NCBI RefSeq assembly: GCF_009914755.1
Contig: NC_060931.1
Source: the human T2T-CHM13v2.0 reference genome, Homo sapiens
DNA: 64,000 nucleotides
Reading direction: 5' to 3' (one strand)
This document shows positions 57,111 through 64,000 of the stretch, in pieces; the stretch's first letter is position 1, and the number at the start of each line of letters is the position of its first letter. A program made the translations under genes and the position numbers. The notes beneath the pieces are model-generated. The model worked only from the letters and a program-made list of their open reading frames with translations, made no database searches and was not told where the DNA came from.

Positions 57111-59704
57111 ATTGAGGAGATGTGAGTCCCTGAGCAGGGATTGTGGAAGTCCAATGTGTTTGTCAGCAACTCGGGAACTCAGGCAGGAGCAGTAAAGAGT
57201 GCTCCTTTCACACAATTCCCTCCTGTCTTCCAAAGAATATCAGTCCACTGAGCTCCTCTACTTTTCCTGACTGTCCTTAGGGGAGGACCAGGGATGTGTG
57301 GGGAGGAGCAGTTCAGTGACGCCCAGAACTGACTGAACACCCCAGGAATGATCAGGGAATGAACGTATTCTTTCTTTTTTGCCAAATCTCATCCATGCAC
57401 ATGCAGAGTCCAGCTCTCCCGAGGGGTTTCTGAAATTCACCCAGTGAGCCTGAAACTGGAAGTCTTTGCCAAATATCCAGTCTCCAGGGTACAGGGCAGG
57501 GACCAGCAGAACACCATCCCTCTCTCCTGCTTGCACACAGCGCCACCTCCTTCCTGCACACCAGGCCTGCTCAGCCCCAGGCAAGAGGAGGTGGGTCTGG
57601 AAGGCTGGGAGCCTGATCACAGTCCCATAAGAAACGGCTGGACTGTTGAATAAACTGAAGGGTCTCTCAGGAGCCGAGGAAACAGGTGGGGCTTGTCTCA
57701 AGCAAACTTCTCACTAAAACAACAAGCTTCTTGGTATCTGTTTAAAGACTGTTAGACTTGATGTGCAGAAATGAATAGCCCTTTACACTTCCTTTGTTTG
57801 AGATGCTAGGAGATGAGAGACATGGCCTGCTTGTTTCACTTCTCTGCATCCCAGCTTCATAGGGACAAAGCTAGCAACACTGTCCCTTCTGTACTGCTTT
57901 TACCTTGGCGCCCAGGCTTGGCCAAGGTAAATAAGTTTCCTGATGAAACTTATTAGCACAGTGTCTGCTTCTGCAAGTGAGAGCATGAGGGCTGCTGTTG
58001 CCCCACGCAGGGCCCCCTGGACTCAGCAGTGTGCTGGCCTGACCTGCAGCTCACCCTTCCCCCTTGGGGCGAAAGCCAGCCACAGCAGCTGCCTAGTAAT
58101 TCTCTGTAGTAATAGGACCCCTTCTAAATGCCTATCAAAGTGCCATGCACTGGCCATAAGTAAGCTCTGGAAATTACTTTTGCTGAGAGATCCCGGGTGC
58201 CTGCCTCTGCATTTGGTTTGCAGGAGGTCTGAAGCCACTGGATGTTTTACTGAGCTCCCTCTCTCTTTTTGCAGCCAGCTTGTAAGTCCTGGATAACACT
58301 TGTTGAATGGGCTTCCGAGGACTTTTGTGCTGCCTGTTTATGAGCCAAGCTGGAGAACTCAGCCTTATGTGGGGAAGGTTCCCACCCTGTAATGTGGGTG
58401 AGTGTTGGAGGGCATCCGGGATTAGCTTGGCCTGAAAGCCAGAAGAGCACGTTTGTCCTGCTTTGTTTTTGAAAGTAATAATGCAATGCCATTGGAGGAT
58501 GGGGAATAAAACCCCTAGGGTTACTATCTTTCCTCAAGGCCAAGGTTAAAAAGAACAGGAGCCAAACTTTGTATGGAATCTGACAAAGTTAGATCCCTGA
58601 GCATTTTACTCCACAAAGCCCCTCACTGAGGCTGCCCACCTCCCTCTGCTTGGAGAATTTATACTTGGCTCATATATGGAAGAATTTGCAAATTCTGGTA
58701 GGCTCACTGGTTAATAAATATTCATGGGATATTTATGGTGAGAGGTAGAGTCATGACACAGACACCTGCCATGTCTTGAAGAAGCCTGGTGAGAAAAGAG
58801 AGACCCTCAAGATTGGAAAGAGGTTAAGGGTGCTGCAGGCCAACCACCACTAGGAGCTCAGCTCTTGCATCATCTTCTTATCTGCTGTGCTTGAGTGCAG
58901 GAGGAATACTTCTAGTGACTGTGCCCTGAAAACATCAGTTCCTCTTTCAGGGAACAGCTCGTCAAATATCCCAGATTCTGTGCCTCCTTGTACTGTCTCC
59001 AGAGTCCTCAACCGCTCCTCTGAGATGTGGTCCAGGGAGGAACATTTTAAAGTCACTGAAACTCATTCTACTCCTAAGCGTTGTCTGTCTCCCTCATCCT
59101 ACCTTGTGAGGCTGATTCATGTTTGTTTGTTTGTTTTTCATGAGGTTAATAGGGGTTCAGCATGACATATGCTCAATTTTACCTCTTGACCTCAAAGCCT
59201 AAAGTATGTACTGTGTAGTCATTTACAGGAAAAGTTTGCCAAACCTTAGTCTTGATTTTAATTCTGTTGTTGAACATAGCATAATCCATTCCTTTTCGCA
59301 AGGGCTCCAATCTGATAAGGATGACGTGTTACGTCTCTTATTAAATCTCTAAAAATGCATCAGAGTAGGTACAGGTTAAGGATAGCATGGGGTCCTGTCA
59401 CGTCCCACTAGAGCCATCCTCCAGATAATATCAGTCTAATAATCAATGCAGGGCAACTCCTCTAGTCCAGCTGTTTACAAATGTGCCTTGTGTTCAGGGA
59501 TATCAAGAGATCCATGTCAATTATTTTGTCTACATCCAGATATACCAAATATTCTAATACATCTCACTGTTGTTCTGGCTTGGGAGTGGTCTCAGATAAC
59601 ACTCAGACTAGTCTGATATAAATTACTTAGGTGCTGGTCTCTTTTGTAATGACACACAGATTTGTCACAGAGTTTTTCTAGGACTTGGTGGTTTGCTCTC
59701 CCAC

Positions 59705-61247
<1,543 letters not shown>

Positions 61248-61249
61248 TA

Positions 61250-61305
61250 ACACACACACACACTCACACACATGCACACGTGCACACACGCATACATGCA
61301 CACAC
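61250..61305 (+). repeat. Imperfect (CA)n repeat
   Basis: Direct reading. Confidence 0.85.
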
Positions 61306-62799
61306 TGAAAGACCATATTTACCAATAACATAAAGTAAAATATATTCCACACTATGATTGAGATATGCACAGAGTACTATAAAAGTTTGGAGGTAAGAGA
61401 AATTTTGTGTGACATTAGATTAGGACTTGAAGAATGTATAGGATTTCAACTGGCAGCCTAGGGGAGGGGAAGAGAGTACCTGGGGCAGGGAGTCCTGGCA
61501 AGCTAGATGTCTGAGACAATCTCAGAGGCGATCTGTATTAGAAAGGTTGTCAGGGTGAAGGGCAGAGTGAAAGAGTTCCAACAAGTGTTTTGGGACCAAG
61601 GAGTAGCTGCACTTGGTTGAGGCCTATGAAGGCCAGAGTATCAGGATACATAAATTCTGGTATGCCTGTGTGAGAAACAGTCTCATTTCCTTATCGTCTC
61701 TCATTGTAGATTTGGTTTCCCTCATTAAATTCCAAGCTCCTTCAATCCCCAGGGAAAGAAACTCCTTTATAGAAAGTCAGCTGTGTGCTGATGTTTTTTT
61801 AAGTCTTCATAAATCATGTGAGCCCTTTCATAAATCACACAGAGCTGCCTTCATTTTGCAGCTGCACTCCACAGATACTTCAGGGGAATGCTTCTATTTG
61901 TCCCAGGCAAAGCTATCAAGACATGGGCAGTCCTAGACCGCCTTCCGTTTCTAGATGGTACCTCTTCCATTCCATCCCCTTCATTTGCCCAAAGGCCTCT
62001 TACTGTCTTCCCACTGCCTCTCCCTTCCCCACCCACTCCACCTATGAAAACAGGAAAGACTCTGTTATCAGTCACTTACACCTGATGATGGATTGATTAA
62101 TTGCACTTTAACTGAAATCCAGTCACACAAGTATAACCTGTGCTTTCAACCATTCATTTGCATGTTAATCCTTTTATCTTCAAATATGGAATGAAAGACT
62201 ATTTTCCATGCTCAAAGAAATTCCAGGCTTTAACTTAATTACTGTGAGATTTTAGATGGTGGTGGTAAAGGAGGAGAAAGAATAGGAAGAAGAGACCAGG
62301 AATAAAGAAAACAAAAAAGGGGGGACTGGCTGTAAAGCAGGAGGAAATATGGAAGGGGTGAAGAGGCATATGGAAATTGCAAAGAGCAGGCCTAATAGAC
62401 AAGATGTTTGTTAAATATTTATTGAATAAGCGCTCTTGGAATGCGCAGATGGATAGAAGCTAGATTTAGAAAAATAAATAATTTTTCTCCTCTAAACTAA
62501 ACAGTAAGTTATTTGGAGATGGGAAATGTGACTTACTTCTTTATCCCATGACACCCAGGATATATCACCCTACTCAATAAATAAGGAGAGATAATAAATA
62601 TACGCTGACTGAGGTGTAGCAAATATTGCCAAAATGTGTTCCAGGCTTGGAGTCTATCAATAAAATAAATTTTTAAAAGCCCCAAACTTCAATCTTTTAC
62701 TGCTAGACGCCTGGCTTTTCAGTCAACTAGCTGTATCACTTTAGCCCACTGGTTGACCTCTTTGTATCTTGTTTCTTCCTCTAACTAGCTGTAGATTAG

Positions 62800-63037
62800 C
62801 ATATTTGAACCTGTGCTCGATGGAACCCTGGGGGTTTCTGAAAGTGCCCCAGAAGCCATCATGAAGTAGAGAGGGCAAGGGAAAAGCCAAATGGTAAGAG
62901 TGAAAAGCTTTCCAGCCCTGCCTCAACTTCACCCTTTCCTACAGCTGTCAGGGAAGCAGCCCCACTTTTACCTTTACCTGTTTTAGAGTTCTGAGTACAT
63001 TTTTATTTGACAAAGAGAAATGTTTGAAGACGACTGC
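62800..63037. mobile_element. MER102-like hAT relic
   Basis: ggaaccctggggg...gcagccccacttttacc...aatgtttgaagacgactg. Confidence 0.55.
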
Positions 63038-63789
63038 ACTTGACCTCTAAACACAAAATTTCATTAACTCTTATTTATTATTTTTAAAGTATGTTTTCTA
63101 GCAGTAGTATGTCATTATAGCAGGTTTTTGTGATTAATAGCCTTAACATTAATTCGAAACAATACAATTTTAAAGCATTTGCCAGATACTTTCATGCTAT
63201 ACACCTTAGACTAAAAATAGATGCAGACATGATCTTAAAATTACTATTAGTATATTTTGAAGTGTTTTCAAAATAGTTGCAAAATCCTCAAACTGTATTC
63301 AAGATAGTCATTGAATTGACAGCTATTAAAATTAATTTCTGAAAACATCTCTCTTTTTCTAACCAGAAAGCTGAGTCATATTTCATGGGTTCGCGGAGGG
63401 AAGGCATTTTCCAATTAGTGAACTCTTCTGTTGTGTTGTAATTGAAAAATATAAAATATCATATTCATGAAGAAGAGAGAACAAATTCTCAATTTGGTGG
63501 TAACTAGTAAGTTATTTGGCTTATGAAAATATGGGAATTGAAGGTGAATGTATGGTCAACTTCTAGCTTGATGATAAACATATTCAAAATACTCCATATA
63601 TTTAGCCCAAAACAATGTCTAGTGATAAAAAATTGAGTTACGAGGAGATGAAGCAATTTACATCACATGAATTGTAAGAGACTTGAAATTCATTGACACC
63701 TCCATACCAGAAAGGAATAATTGAAAGGCAACCTCTGAGTAATTAATGTAGATATGCAATTATATGTGAGGTCATGTTTAATGCAGTTC

Positions 63790-64000
63790 ATCAGGTATTT
63801 CCAACACATGGAAAGATTTCACTTCCAGGCTTTTTTGTGGTTGGATGGTGTCATGTGACTAGTTCTGGCCAATATTTGATGTGAGTTGGTTCCAGGCTAG
63901 CAATTTAATTGCTAATGTGAGAACTTTCTGAGCTCTCTTTTAACCTGGCAGACCCTAAGAAACATCTAGATGGTGACTGCTTCTCCAACTCTGGTGACCA
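63790..64000 (+). mobile_element. MLT1 (I/J-like) LTR fragment, runs off the window
   Basis: gtcatgtgactagttctggccaat...ttccaggctagcaatttaattg. Confidence 0.6.

Noticed and set aside
56124-58543. Cluster of 65-147 aa ORFs in GC-richer DNA
   Set aside because: No recognisable protein similarity, ORFs on both strands, partly in L2; expected by chance.

Overview
Human genomic DNA: a consensus-identical AluYa5, a human-specific subfamily, is present. The window is non-coding (intergenic or intronic) and rich in transposable elements, and I recognise no host protein-coding exon; every long ORF in the track comes from LINE-1, Alu or LTR sequence. Main contents: a THE1 (MaLR) internal segment plus truncated LTR; an internally deleted L1PB with a doubled 3' UTR; a full-length but frameshifted L1PA4-type element (minus, 20276-26466) nested in an old L1M; a twin-primed inverted L1PA2/3; several Alus/FLAMs and a FAM; MST/MLT1/ERV1 LTRs; MER58/MER5/MER102/MER103/Kanga-type DNA transposon relics; and L2/L3 fragments. 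Most notable: (1) an AluYa5 with source-element hallmarks; (2) a 35-nt tailless U2 snRNA retropseudogene with TSDs; (3) in the L1PA4, a 17-bp triplication inside the ZNF93-bound 5'UTR segment, an open antisense ORF0 with an upgraded splice donor, and a template-switch hairpin in ORF2; (4) an unidentified, decayed mRNA-like insert inside an L1ME; (5) candidate non-coding exons and enhancers in unique DNA. I see no convincing evidence of a new multi-gene biological system. Repeat subfamily names come from remembered consensus sequences and need RepeatMasker/Dfam confirmation.
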